Positions 12,867 through 25,872 of a stretch of DNA of 64,000 nt are shown here, piece after piece. Positions within the stretch are counted from its first letter, which is position 1. Every line of letters starts with the position of its first letter. Location of the stretch: positions 14,921,271-14,985,270 of the forward strand of contig NC_052175.1 of the NCBI RefSeq assembly GCF_902713615.1. The letters run 5' to 3'. Position numbers and translations under genes: made by a program. A model generated the notes under the pieces. It ran no database searches and had not been told where the DNA came from. It saw only the letters and a program-made list of their open reading frames with translations. The stretch comes from Scyliorhinus canicula (lineage: Eukaryota).

Positions 12867-13619
12867 CTAATCCTCCAAGGTCCGAGGGCCCACTTAACCC
12901 TCTGACCCCGCACCCTCAATTTCAAATCCACCAGGGCCTGACCCGAAATAACCCACCTCCCAGTTGAGCACCTTCCCCAGTCACTGCCCACCCCCCCCCC
13001 CCCCACCACTCCCCCCGGGGTCTCTTCGACTCCCCGTAATCCGAGGGTAGCGATGGCCGTTTGGGCCACAGCGACGCGCCGGAACCGGACCCCCAAGGGG
13101 AAAGGTCCCCCCCCCCCCCCTCCTCCCTCGCTGGGCTGGACGCAGCGGGTGGGGGTCGGGTTGAGAAATGATCCCCCCCCCCGCCCCCCCCTCACCGTGC
13201 ACCTTTCTTAAATTGCTGCCACCCCGCTCTCCCCCCCACCACCCTGTATCAGTCTAATACAAGCCCCCCTTTTCCATTGGCCACTGTCTGGTTTTGAAAC
13301 GACCCCCCCCCCCTCCAATTGAATGATAGTTGAGTGAGGTGGGTGGGGGGGTAATTTGGAAAGCCAGCAGCACTTACCATAGAGACACAGAGCAGTCAGG
13401 GTAAAGAGAGGGGGAATATTTCTGGGGGATTTGTACATCTTCCTGCAGACTTGGGGAGGGGGGCTTTGCCCCAGAGGGTGTGTTTTTTTTTGGGGGGGGG
13501 GGGAGGTTTCCTGGTCCTTTCACACCCTCCCCATGTTCAGCTGTTGAGCTGGCTGCTGCTCCCCAAGCTCACAGCTGATGTCCAGTCGGTTGCCCTGGGA
13601 GAGGGGGTTTTAAATGATA

Positions 13620-13765
13620 CCTGCGCGCAGTGCAGCCTGGGGGCTGTAGTTCGGCTGCGCGCAGACGGGCGGCAGGGGGCGCGGGGCGGAACTACAACTC
13701 CCGGCGGCCCCCGCGGCGCGGCCCCGGCGCTCCCCCCGGAGGCCGGGCCCGGCACTGCAGCCTGG
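13620..13765. promoter_or_regulatory. small CpG island with two inverted ZNF143/THAP11 (SBS) motifs and a GC box; probable promoter of a - strand gene
   Basis: ACTACAACTCCCGGC at 13691-13705 (+) and AACTACAGCCCCCAG at 13637-13651 (-); GGGGCGG at 13683; minus-strand donors CAG|GTATCA (13619-13620) and ACG|GTGAGG (13194-13195). Confidence 0.7.
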
Positions 13766-13789
13766 TTTTCCACAGTGGTCAGAATTAAA

Positions 13790-15025
13790 CCCTTCTCCCA
13801 GGCCACATCCCCCTCTTCCCAGGCCACATCCCCTTCTTCCAGTCCACATTCCCCCCCCCCTCTTCCCAGTCCACATCCCCCCCCTTCCCAGTCCACATCC
13901 CCCCCCTTCCCAGTCCACATCCCCCTCTTCCCAGTCCACATTCCCCCCCCTCTTCCCAGTCCACATCCCCCCTTCCCAGTTCACATCCCCCCCTTCCCAG
14001 TCCACATCCCCCTCTTCCCAGTCCACATCCCCCCCTTCCCAGTCCACATTCCCCCCCTTCCCAGTCCACATTCCCCCCCTTCCCAGTCCACACCCCCCTC
14101 TCTTCCCAGTCCACATTCCCCCCCCTCTTCCCAGTCCACATCCCCCCCCTTCCCAGTCCACTTCCCCCCCTTCCCAGTCCACATCCCCCCTCTTCCCAGT
14201 CCACATCCCCCCCTTCCCAGTCCACATCCCCCCTTCCCAGTCCACATTCCCCCCCTTCCCAGTCCACATCCCCCCCCTCTTCCCAGTCCACATCCCCCTC
14301 TTCCCAGTCCACATCCCCCCCCTTCCCAGTCCACATTCCTCCTCTTCCCAGTCCACATCCCCTCTTCCCAGTCCACATCCTCTTCCCAGTCCACACCCCC
14401 CTCTCTTCCCAGTCCACATCCCCTCTTCCCAGTCCACACCCCCCTCTCTTCCCAGTCCACATCCCCTCTTCCCAGTCCACACCCCCCCTCTCTTCCCAGT
14501 CCACATCCCCTCTTCCCAGTCCACACCCCCTTCTCTTCCCAGTCCACAACCCCCTCTCTTCCCAGTCCACACCCCTCTTCCCAGTCCATTCCCCCCTTCC
14601 CAGTCCACATTCCCCCCTTCCCAGTCCACACCCCCCCTCTTCCCAGTCCACATTCCACCCCTTCCCAGTCCACACCCCCCTCTTCCCAGTCCACATCCCC
14701 TCTTCCCAGTTCACATTCCCCCTTCCCAGTTCACATTCCCCCTTCCCAGTCTACACCCCCCCTCTCTTCCCAGTCCACACCCCTCCTCTCTTCCCAGTCC
14801 ACATTCCCCCCATTCCCAGTCTCCATCCCCCCCTCCCGTTCACATTCTCCCCTCCAGCCAGTCCATATCCCCCCCCCTTCCCAGTCCACCTTCCCCCTTC
14901 TTCCCAGTCCACATTCTCTCCCCCTTCTTCCTCGTCCACAATCCCCCCCTCCTTCCCAGTCCACGTTCCCCCCCTTCTTCCTAATCCACATTGCCCGCCC
15001 CTCTTCCATGTCCACATTCTCCCCC
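13790..15025. repeat. ~20-23-bp C-rich minisatellite (CTTCCCAGTCCACATCCCCCC)n, G-rich on the - strand
   Basis: Repeated CCCAGTCCAC core with variable C-tracts. Confidence 0.95.
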
Positions 15026-15049
15026 CCCCCCCCCCCCCCCCCTCCCCAC

Positions 15050-15097
15050 AAGGACAGACACAGAGCAGCCTTCATTGAAACGTTTGGAACTTTTATT
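15050..15097 (-). terminator. distal poly(A) signal of the ANP32E-like gene
   Basis: AATAAA (tttatt 15092-15097) followed ~30 nt downstream by GU-rich TGTGTCTGTCCTTGTG; it closes a TE-free, U-rich UTR-like block. Confidence 0.65.
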
Positions 15098-16822
15098 TTG
15101 TGCAACCTTTAATTTATAAAAACCAGCATTAAGTTGACAGCACAAAACAAAGCCAGGGCTCTTCTCAGGGGGTTCCCAATGATTCAAAATATTCACCCCC
15201 CCCCCTCCCGTTACACACACCAGCAATAGTTAAAATAAAAGGGGGAGAGTGGGGGGGGGGGGGGGGGGGGTGGAAATAAGGACGGGGTTTGTAAATCTAG
15301 AGCAAATCTGGATGCTTCACAAACAGTCGTGGCTGGAGAAAGGGGTGGGATGAGGATTGGGAGGGCTGTGTGGAAACAGAAGGGGAAGGGGGGGAAGGGG
15401 GGGGGGGGGGGGGAGAAGAGAAACATTTACACCGGTGGTGAGGAAGTGGGGAATCAACATATGCAAGCGCATATCCTGGGAATATCCCTAGAAAAAGCAA
15501 CTGGAGAAACATTCACGGACCACGGCAGCTTAACTGCTCTGAAGGAGAACAGTGCCCCAAGTTCATTATTCCAAATTTAAAAATCCTACAATGGCTTCAT
15601 CCAAATACAGTATATCCTAAAACCAAAAAAATAAAAAAAAACTATTCTTCCAAGTACAACTTAAACACACAAAAAATAAAGAGAGGGACAGGGGGAAATT
15701 GTTTTTCTTAAAAAGCAGACCAAACAGACTATTTACAAAGTGTCCTTTTTAAAAACTGGAGTGTGTGTGTGTGTGTGTGACACGGCTGGAGCACTTGTCA
15801 GTATTTATTTGCGGAGGATGGTTACCGAGGGGGAGCTGTCCGCCGGGATGGCAGACGGGGTAACGCCTGGCACGCCCGCATCCCCAAGGGGTCTGGCCCC
15901 TCAGAGTCTGGGTGGAGGGGACTGAAAGCGTGGGACAAGAGTGGCGGGGAGGAGGGGGGGGGAAGCTATACCTTCCTTCAGCCAATTCGGGTATCGTACG
16001 AGAGCTGGTGTCCCAACTACCCGCCCGCAGCCCTCGCTCAAGTGGGTGAAAGGTTGCAGACCCGACATGCTGGCTCGGTTTTGCTCTCCAGCGTTTCCAT
16101 TTCAGAGTTCCAGCATCTTGCCGCCGTCCTTTCTAAAGGAGGGCGGCAGAAGCCGTTTGGACACCTCGCTTAAGACGGAACAGCTTTGCAGTCCCGAGGA
16201 ACCTCTCCAATCCTGAGAGCAGGTAAATAAATTCTGAGCGTGCTCGCCCGCAGGTATTGCTAAAAACCACAAGGATCTACAAATACAAAACCCACCCCTA
16301 CTGGTGAATAACTGTCTGCACCTATCGAAGAATTCTCAGCAAGGGTTTTACAGTTAAAAAAATGCATTTTACTGATAGGAGTTGAAGGGAGACAGACATC
16401 AGCAAGCTACATAAAACAGCACTTGCAAAAGTTACACCCAGCTGTACATCTTAAACCCAGTGTAAAATCCAGTCCCATTCCAACAATAGTTTAGTTGAAC
16501 GTTGCAAAATATAACAGTGTGCCCCCAATCCCCTTTTTCCTCTCCATCTCTGCCCCCCGCCCCCACCCTTCTCAGTCCACCCGGAAAAATAGGTCAAGAC
16601 GCCCGCAGATCCAGCTCTAACGCAGAAGGGTCATTGAAAAAACCCCCAAAAAATTACTTCGGAAACAAAGATGATGCCAGGGTCGCACAGTAGATTCCGC
16701 TCAGTCACTGGAGCAGCTGGTTACTGTACCCGCTGACCCCAGCCATCGACTGCAGCGTCCTCTGCACCTCAGAAACAAAAACGCGCCAGGATCAACTCCG
16801 GTGTTCAGACTCTCCCTCTCTG

Positions 16823-16858
<36 letters not shown>

Positions 16859-17768
16859 ATATTTTTAAAAAAAAGAAAGGTTTTAGAATTCAGCCGGCAG
16901 GGGAAACGGCGATGGAGGGAATCTCGTACAGGTGCTGACACAATGGCTAGGAGTGAAGCTCGTCTGCCAAATCAGCCTCAGTAGCCGGTGAAAGGGGGGG
17001 GGGGGGGTTTCCACATTCCATCCATTAAAATCTCCAGAACTATCTGGGACACTTGGGAGCTCCAGAAGGATTAATTCCTGGCAACGCTCTCGTTGCTCCC
17101 GATTCCAACTGCAAGCACAGGACACAACGAGGAGCTCACCCTGGACAGACGAGTTTCGGAATGACAAAAACCCAGATCTAGGAGGTGTTCTCACAAATCC
17201 ACTGCAGGGCAGCAATGAGAAAATGAATCTTGGAATAGGTTTTTTTCAAAAACCCTAGCACTTTATTATAAAATTCTGATCACCGTAGTCCTATGCCCAC
17301 ATTACTGTGGAAATTTCCCCATGTAAGCCGCCATGATATAATTACAACGTCAACAGTGGGGCTGCGGCGCCTCCACTGGTGGCCCGATGCAATTACAGCG
17401 CGACAAGTTTACATAGCCAAGTGTTGGACACAGGAATTTGTTAGAAACAGAAAATTGACAATGTCAAATTTTAAAATGAACCTTGCTCTTCCTGATCCCA
17501 TTCCCGCCATCCCAGTACCCAGCCAGTTGAAGTACGAGACGTCATACAGACAGATTTTCGTGGCAAGGAATTACAAAAATAAAGGGCGTGACTGGAATGG
17601 TTTTAAAGTAAGTTTTAAAAAAATAGCTTTCCTTTGCCCAGGGAACCCCTCTACCTCCCACTACCCTCCCCCTTCAACTCCCATTGTGACAGTTACCATC
17701 TAGAGAATAGCAAGAATTAAACAGTTTGTATTGTAATGGAACAGGAGTTTGGTCGTGCTCGGAGGAAA
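15070..17768 (-). other. ANP32E: long 3'UTR of the ANP32E-like gene (proximal AATAAA at 17262-17267)
   Basis: 2.7 kb free of SINE/LINE insertions directly after the stop codon; U-rich tracts; TGTAAATA at ~15730. Confidence 0.6.
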
Positions 17769-17836
17769 TTACTCATCATCCTCGCCCTCGTCTTCTGCCT
17801 CTCGTTTTCGCTTCTGTCCTTTCGCGACAGAGTTTT
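17769..17836 (-). CDS. ANP32E: ANP32E-like last coding exon (NLS KRKR and acidic tail)
   Basis: Acceptor tttcttcccctcccccgcag|, phase 1, (E)NSVAKGQKRKREAEDEGEDDE*; matches the ANP32 C-terminus G[EQ]KRKR[DE]AED. Confidence 0.92.
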
Positions 17837-18074
17837 CTGCGGGGGAGGGGAAGAAAAAAAAAACAACTTTCAGTCGCTGCAACCTCGAGTCAATACACGG
17901 CACACACCTGCAGCAAACCTCAGACCCACACATCAACTCATCAGGCTTCCTTACCCAAAAGGTCCACAAATTTGTACAAACAGCAGATCGGTCTGAACGA
18001 GATTCACCTGCTATAAATAAATCCAAGTGTGTTGAGGCACGTGACATAACGCAGTGCTGACGATTTTCTGATTG

Positions 18075-19040
18075 GATTTATTGTCACATGGACCCAAGTC
18101 CAGTGATAGGTATTTTTCTGCGGCCGAGGGAACGTACACAGTACGTACATAGTAGACAAAAAGAGACTAACCGACAGAGCACATTGACAAATGGTACATC
18201 GACAAACAGCGATTGGAAGGGCAGCACGGTGGCGCAGTGAGTTAGCACAGCTGCCTCACGGCACTGAGGTCCCAGGTTCGATCCCAGCTCTGGGTCACTG
18301 TCCGGTACATAGAACATAGAACAGTACAGCACAGAACAGGCCCTTCGGCCCTCAATGTTGTGCCGAGCCATGATCACCCTACTCAAACCCACGTATCCAC
18401 CCCATACCCGTAACCCAACAACCCCCCCCTTAACCTTACTTTTAGGACACTACGGGCAATTTATCACGGCCAATCCACCTAACCCGCACATCTTTGGACT
18501 GTGGGAGGAAACCGGAGGAAACCCACGCACACAGGGGGAGGACGTGCAGACTCCACACAGACAGTGACCCAGCCGGGAATCGAACCTGGGACCCTGGAGC
18601 TGTGAAGCATTTATGCTAACCACCATGCTACCCTGCTGCCCTAGTACAATAGGCTACAAAGGCCAAACAAGCAATACATGAGCAAGAGCAGCATAGGGCG
18701 TCACGAATAGTGTTCTTACAGGGAACAGATCAGTCCGAGGGGGAAGTTGTTGAGGAGTATTGTAGCTGTGGGGAAGAAGCTGTTCCTATGTCTGGATGTG
18801 CGGGTCTTCAGACTTCTGCCTGATGGAAGGGTTTGGAAGAAGGCAATGCCTGGGTGGGAGGGGTCTCTGACAATGCTGTCTGCCTTCCTGAGGCAGCGGG
18901 AGGTGTAGACAGAATCAATGTGGGGGTGGCAAGCTTGTGTGATGCGTTGGGCTGAGTTCACCGCACTCTGCAGTTCCTTGCGCCGAGCAGTTGCCATGCC
19001 AGGCTGTGATGCAGGCGGATAGGATGCTCTCTATCGCACA
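18075..19040 (-). mobile_element. Rex1/Babar-clade LINE 3' end, interrupted by two SINEs (18218-18641)
   Basis: RKELQSAVNSAQRI...DPSHPG...LPSGR...RNSFFPTA; same family as 45470-46290. Confidence 0.8.
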
Positions 19041-19249
19041 AGTCTCACAACCTCATTTTTAAAAAAAGTGTTGGAAACTCGAGGGTTTCACAAGGCAAGT
19101 GGTTCAGGAACTCTGAAATTAACTGCCTGGCAGCTGGCAGGAAGCAAGTGCTGCGACAGGGAGGGGGGGGGGGGGGGGGGGGGGGTTCTGGTTTCCCATT
19201 GTGTATAAAACGCATGACAATGTCGCAAAGAAACTGGTTTATACGGTTA

Positions 19250-19447
19250 CCAAAAAGCAAATGACTGCGGGTGCTGGAATCCAAAACAAAATCAGACGGT
19301 GCTGGACACTCGCAGCAGGTCTGACAGCCTGTGGAGAGACGGGAGCAGACGTTTTGAGCCCGGGCTTTGTCAAAGTTCTGACAACGAGTCACCCAGACCC
19401 GAAATGCTGGCTCCCTTCTCTCTCTCTCTCTCTCTCCACAGAAGCGG
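19250..19447. mobile_element. palindromic Penelope-related repeat with a degenerate hammerhead-like core, truncated by the gap
   Basis: GCTGGACACTCGCAGCAGGTC...GTGGAGAGA...CTGACAACGAGTC-N5-GACCCGAAA...TCTCTCCACA inverted architecture. Confidence 0.5.
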
Positions 19448-19947
19448 NNNNNNNNNNNNNNNNNNNNNNNNNNNNNNNNNNNNNNNNNNNNNNNNNNNNN
19501 NNNNNNNNNNNNNNNNNNNNNNNNNNNNNNNNNNNNNNNNNNNNNNNNNNNNNNNNNNNNNNNNNNNNNNNNNNNNNNNNNNNNNNNNNNNNNNNNNNNN
19601 NNNNNNNNNNNNNNNNNNNNNNNNNNNNNNNNNNNNNNNNNNNNNNNNNNNNNNNNNNNNNNNNNNNNNNNNNNNNNNNNNNNNNNNNNNNNNNNNNNNN
19701 NNNNNNNNNNNNNNNNNNNNNNNNNNNNNNNNNNNNNNNNNNNNNNNNNNNNNNNNNNNNNNNNNNNNNNNNNNNNNNNNNNNNNNNNNNNNNNNNNNNN
19801 NNNNNNNNNNNNNNNNNNNNNNNNNNNNNNNNNNNNNNNNNNNNNNNNNNNNNNNNNNNNNNNNNNNNNNNNNNNNNNNNNNNNNNNNNNNNNNNNNNNN
19901 NNNNNNNNNNNNNNNNNNNNNNNNNNNNNNNNNNNNNNNNNNNNNNN
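19448..19947. other. assembly gap (500 N)
   Basis: Run of exactly 500 N. Confidence 1.
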
Positions 19948-20016
19948 TCATAGAGTTCAGGCAGCCTGTAGATGTCTCAGGGGTTTAGAAACAAGATTCA
20001 ATAGCCCCCCCGTCTA

Positions 20017-20337
<321 letters not shown>

Positions 20338-20777
20338 CTAAATAGAGGCAAAAAAAAACACATGCATGTGACAGCTGCTCGTGTTCGTTTCTGTGCAATG
20401 AAACTTCTCTCGCCCGCAGTAACCTACAGCAGGTGCCCATGTGTAAGCACTGAGCGGGAAACAAAGACACCTACAGTCTCACTGCTGATTGCTATCCACA
20501 AACCTCCCCCCCCCCAGTTGCTATGCCCCAGGGCGCTGATGGCACAGTAGGAAAGCCTGTCTCTACCCACTGCCAATGTGGAGATGATACCAGAGGGTAC
20601 CCTCTGCCTTTGGAAATGCACCATAGGAGCACGACAGGAAATTGGGAATAAGACCCTGGGTAGTCCAGGATGGTATTCCCAGCTGCCTGCACGAGGGGTT
20701 CACTGGATCACCGGGACACAGCAGGAAAATAAACCCACTGGGAGCCCCACCTCAACGCCGGCGTCTGACATCATAGT

Positions 20778-21106
20778 TAAGAACATAGAACATATGAGGC
20801 CATTCGGCCCATCGAGTCTGCACCGACCCACTTAAGCCCCCACTTCCACCCTTTCCCCGTAACCCAACAACCCCTCCTAACATTTTTGGTCACTGAGGGC
20901 AATTTATCACGGCCAATCCACCCAACCTGCACATCTTTGGACTGTGGGAGGAAACCGGAGCACCCGGAGGAAACCCACGCACACACGGGGGGGGGGGGGG
21001 GAGAGACGTGCAGACTCCGCACAGACAATGACCCAGCGGGGAATCGAACCTGGGACCCTGGCGCTGTGAAGCCACAGTTCTAATCACTTGTGCTGCCGTG
21101 CTGCCC
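20778..21106 (-). mobile_element. V-SINE, full length
   Basis: Reverse-strand head, V domain and (TTCTATG) tail. Confidence 0.85.
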
Positions 21107-23639
21107 ACGGTTAAGCTGTTACCAGGGCTAGAGAATTCCTGCCAGCACCACAAGTCATGCAGACAGCTGTAGCCAACAAGAGGAAACCTGGTCAGAGGCC
21201 AGGGCTAAACTATCAGAGCAAGGGAGGCTCCCACCATCCCTCCAACATTGCAATCAGTTTCAACTCGCTTGCGTTTCTTCAATGGCACTAACTACGCAGC
21301 AGCTCCCTCGAGAACGGAGATCAATCCCCCCCTCCCCCCCCCCGAACATTTCAGGAACCCTCCTTTCCCCAGACTTCCAATCTGTGAGATTCTTTAGCAA
21401 CCTCACTTCTTCCCTCAGTTAGAGCCTCGAGCTTGGTGTAACCCACTCACTCGGTGGGTATTAATCTTACCCCCAAGCCCCCAACCTGGGCAGGCTGCTG
21501 CTCTTTGGGGGTTTCACAAAATGGTAACAACTCCAGATTCGGAATTGCTCCAAAAATGTGCGGAATTGTCGGCTGGTTTGGGAATGCTCACAGTCCGGGT
21601 CAATGTCCCACAGTAAACCGGTCGACCCGCGCCCGATGGCAGAAGTTGCAACCGCACAACATTTGTCCTGTCGGTAAGTAGCGTATTCAAAACTCCACAT
21701 TGGACGGGTGTCCGAGAATTTGAATTTCCGGCAAATTCAAGCTGCCGTTATTTCCGGTCATCACAAGCCCCTGCACCACGCTCTCACAACTTTAAAATCA
21801 TTCAACAAATCAGTGACCATCTGTCAGCGGGAATGACAGCTTGGCGCACACGGTGAGCAGAACCTCAAGCCCCAGGATGCATACGTATTAGAAATGGAGA
21901 GGGAAGAGAGTTAGAACCACAACTCTAGGTTTGACCCACCCCGGCGCCTGTTCGGGTACACGGAGGGAGAATTCAGAATGTCCAATTCACCCAACAAGCG
22001 CGTCTTTCGGGACTTGTGGGAGGAAACCGAGCGCCCGGAGGAAACGCACGCAGACACGGGGAGAACGTGCAGACTCCGCACAGACAGTGACCCCAAGCCG
22101 GGAATCGAACCCGGGACCCTGGAGCTGAGAAGCAACTGTGCTAACCACTGTGCCTACCCCAAAAGAAACTAAACATGCGCTTACATAGAAGTATTTTTTT
22201 TTTAAATCGGACACAATAACCGTGCACGTTTTGTTACTCATACAAACCCACCCCAAACTGCCGACCATTCTGTTGCAATCTGGAATACGTTGTCATTTGA
22301 ATACTTGCACCCAGCAGGGCAAACACAAGAATGCCAAATTTTAAAACAATCTCTACTACAGGAGAGGTGGGCACCGATCGGTTAACAAGTCCATTCTGAA
22401 TCAAACAGCACGTTCCTTCGGCTGATTGTAACAGGCAGGGTACAGACTGTGCTCCCTCAGCCCACGCTTGCAAAACTCCAAAACAAAAATATCTACTGCT
22501 AGATGCGATTCTCAAATCGAGAAGCACTTGCACAATAATAGCTGCACCAGCTCCCAATTAAAGGTAATCAGTCGAGTTCGTTACATGGCCCATTCACACT
22601 TGCACAACGTGTCGTGCGGTCGGTGTCTGTTCTGTGCAAACTAAAGAAATATGTTCAAGCCTGGCGCCATTTTTCCATCTTTAGGTAAAATACTACATGT
22701 TCCTACAGGGCAGCACAGCCGGCAGCGATTTCCTGTGGACGTTCAGGACAGCGAGCAAGTGTCTTGCCTGTTTCCTGCCGATCGTGTTAGGCTTACTGGA
22801 GTCGGTTACAAGAAGTAATACCCTAAGGAACAGGAGTGGGCCATTTGGCCCCATGAGCCTGCGCCCGTCAATCAACACGGTTATGGCCGATAAGATTGCC
22901 CCCTGAGGGCAATTTATCACGGCCAATCCACCCAACCGGCACGACTTTGGACTGTGGGAGGAAACCGGAGCATCCGGAGGAAACCCACGCAGACACGGGG
23001 AGAACGTGCAGACTCCGCACAGACAGTGACCCCAAGCCAGGAATCGAACCTAGGGACCCTTGGCGCTAGAAAGCAACCATGCTAATCACTGTGCAGCAGT
23101 GCATCATTAAACCATATAGACCAGAAAACACCAGGGTTCAAACCAAGGACAGGCAACAGACAATTGACCCAGGCGCTGGGATCTCACATGGGGTCAATGT
23201 CGGCACCAAATGAATTTGGGACGCTGGCGCATTTCACTGCCGAGGGAAGCAGCAATCAGTTCCCAATAAAAGTGCAGGGAATGCACTTGAACAGAGGGAA
23301 TTCAAGACGGGAACAGCCAGCCAGGAAGCTTCAGGAAACCCTTGCAGAAGACATGAAGACAGCGAAGAGACAATGTAGATCATCGCAAAATCGCTTTCTC
23401 AAGTCGACAATGGTTCAAATTTCCTGAACCACGGCAAAGGTGAGCTGACAAGAGCTTAACTTAGGAAACTGTTGAGTGGCCATTTTTTGTGAGGCCATTG
23501 TGAGGCGACCCACCCAGGTTTCGCGGCTTGGTGTCATTGGCACCTGTTGAGGATTTCACGGCGCTGCTTCTGCCAATGGGAACTTCACACCAAGTTAACC
23601 CCCAGGGTCAGCGGCATCACACAATTCCCCCGTGATCAT

Positions 23640-24630
23640 ACATCACCCCAAACTAAATAAACCTTCTTTCTCCCAGAGATCAAGAAAAAAGCAACCCCCC
23701 CCCCCCCCAACCAAACCCAGCTTCCTCCTCAACGTATCTTTCCCAAATACCTCTCCCATTTCCTCTCCTCACCTTGGCCACAAGAATGATGTGCCCCATT
23801 TTCTACTGAATTACTGATCACTCCCGACATTACAAATGGCTCCCCATCCTCCTCAAAAATATACAGCCTTTAATTCCTCTGTCCTTGTAAACCACTGGTC
23901 CATTTTGCCACCTCCCTTTCCTCTGTGAAGTCCTCAAAGGTGTTATCGCTCCCCAACTTTATGTCCACCCTTCCTGCACACAGATCTCTCCAATCAGGTC
24001 TGCACCCCTGCTATAATACTGAAATGATCCTATCAAATGCACAAGTGGCATCCGCGGTGACTGGTAAACGATCGTCGTCCTCGAGGTGTTTGACAAGAAC
24101 AATGACACTATCATCCACAAATGCCTTTCCCTCCTCTGTACTGCTGGGTACTACAGTCCCTGCTCAATTCTACTCTTTATCTATCCAGTTGTAGTTAGAG
24201 AATCAGTCCCAATAGCTTCTGCTATCTCCATTATCTGTGGAGTTCCTCCGAGGACACATCTTCGGACCCCTGCTGGGCGAGAATCTCACCTTGCACCCTC
24301 CACAAGCTCCAGCTCACCCATCACCCTGTATCCTAACTCATACCAGGGCCTATTCTCCCATCACACCTGTGCCCGCGGACCTGTCAGCTGGTCCATCAGG
24401 GCGCCAACATGTAAAATTTGCATCCGGCAGTTCAAACCACATGGCCGCCCCTTTCCCTGTAACCTCCAGCCCAACAGCCTTCTGAGAGGGTTATCCCATC
24501 AGAGTACGATTCTCGCACGCCCTCCACCGGGAGTCCTTCTCTTCAGCCGCATTCCTGACCGTCTTCCGCTTCTCCTCCAACACGCCCCTTAAAACCGGCT
24601 CCTTGGGATCACTCTTTTGATGGCCTGTTC
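23640..24630 (+). mobile_element. highly decayed L2-like LINE
   Basis: GGAGTTCCTCCGAGGACACATCTTCGGACCCC resembles the GVPQGSILGP motif; C-rich L2-like 3' region; many indels. Confidence 0.45.
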
Positions 24631-24638
24631 TAGCATTT

Positions 24639-24800
24639 GGGGCTGGTTTAGCACATTGGGCTAAACAGCTGGCTTGCAAAGCAGAACAAGGCCAGCAGCG
24701 CGGGTTCAATTCCCGCACCAGCCTCCCCGAACAGGCGCCGGAATGTGGCGACGAGGGGCTTTTCACAGTAACTTTATTTGAAGCCAACTTGTGACAATCA
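24639..24800 (+). mobile_element. second tRNA-derived SINE family (GGGGCTGGTTTAGCAC head); other copies at 32889-33030 (+), 35671-35849 (-), 63362-63550 (-)
   Basis: Distinct head with GGTTCAATTCCC B box and no V domain; tail CCGAACAGGCGCCGGAATGTGGCGAC...TTTTCACAGTAACTT...GTGACAAT. Confidence 0.8.
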
Positions 24801-25537
24801 CCAGCTGGTGAGATTTCGCTATGCAGGACGGTTGGGTAGAGCTACGGCGCCCCCCAAGTCGGGACATTCTGCAAACAGGCCCCGTCCATTCATTCACAAT
24901 CGTGGCTACCTGCGGGATGTCGGTGTAGAGGACATTAAACCAGTGCCAGGCAACATCAGGTAACACATCCAAAGGTGGCAAAAAAAAAGCAAATAGATTG
25001 GTTGTTGTCACGCAAGGTATTGCATAATACCGAATTATCACCTAACTGTGGGACCCTCAAACGCACCTATTGCTCAGCTACAGACTCAGGCACAATGGAA
25101 CGTACGGCCTCGTTCCCACAGGAGAAATCACCAAGTGCCCACTCAGTCCTTAGGTTGTTGCAACATTAGGGACCGTGCAGCCACGACCAATCCTCTCCTC
25201 ACACAACAGAGACACTGCGATCGCGATCAGGAGACTTCTGAGCAGATCCCTGAACAAGGGGGTTCCCTTGTTGATGGCTGCCCCCCCCCCCCCCCCCCCC
25301 AACTGTTTCCCTGGGAGGGATCAGTCCAAAGAGGAGCAGGTTAGGTGGGTTTGCCATGCTAAATTGCCGCTTAGTGTCCAGGGATGTACAGGTTAGGTGG
25401 GGTTACGGGGAGAGGGCCTAGGTACAGTGCGCTTTCGGAGGCATGGTGCAGACCCAATAGGCCAAACGGCCTCCTTCTACACTGTAGGAATTCTATGATC
25501 AACTCAACCAGTAGAGGCCATGGACAGCAAGTTGAAT

Positions 25538-25872
25538 CATAGAATTTACAGTGCAGAAATAGGCTATTCAGCTCATCGAGTCTGCACCAGCCCTGGGAAA
25601 GAGCACCCTACCTAAGCCCACAGCTCCTCCTATCCCCGTAACTCAGTAACCCCACCCAACCTGTTTTGGACATGAGGGCAATTTAGCACGGCCAATCCAC
25701 CTAACCCGCACATCTTTGGACTGTGGGAGGAAACCGGAGCACCCGGAGGAAACCCACGCACACACGGGGAGAACGTGCAGACTCCGCACAGACAGTGACC
25801 CCAAGCCGGGAATCGAACCTGGGACCCTGGCGCTGTGAAGTAACAGTGCTAACCACTGTGCTACCGTGCCAC
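25538..25872 (-). mobile_element. V-SINE, full length
   Basis: Head, V domain and CR1-type tail on the minus strand. Confidence 0.85.

Noticed and set aside
11408-15112. Repetitive ORFs (GEERLGAGSVFPM; extensin-like PFPVHIP)
   Set aside because: Derived from the 39-bp and ~21-bp minisatellites; unit-length variants break the frame and several frames are open.
19201-19988. ORFs containing X runs
   Set aside because: They read through the 500-N gap.
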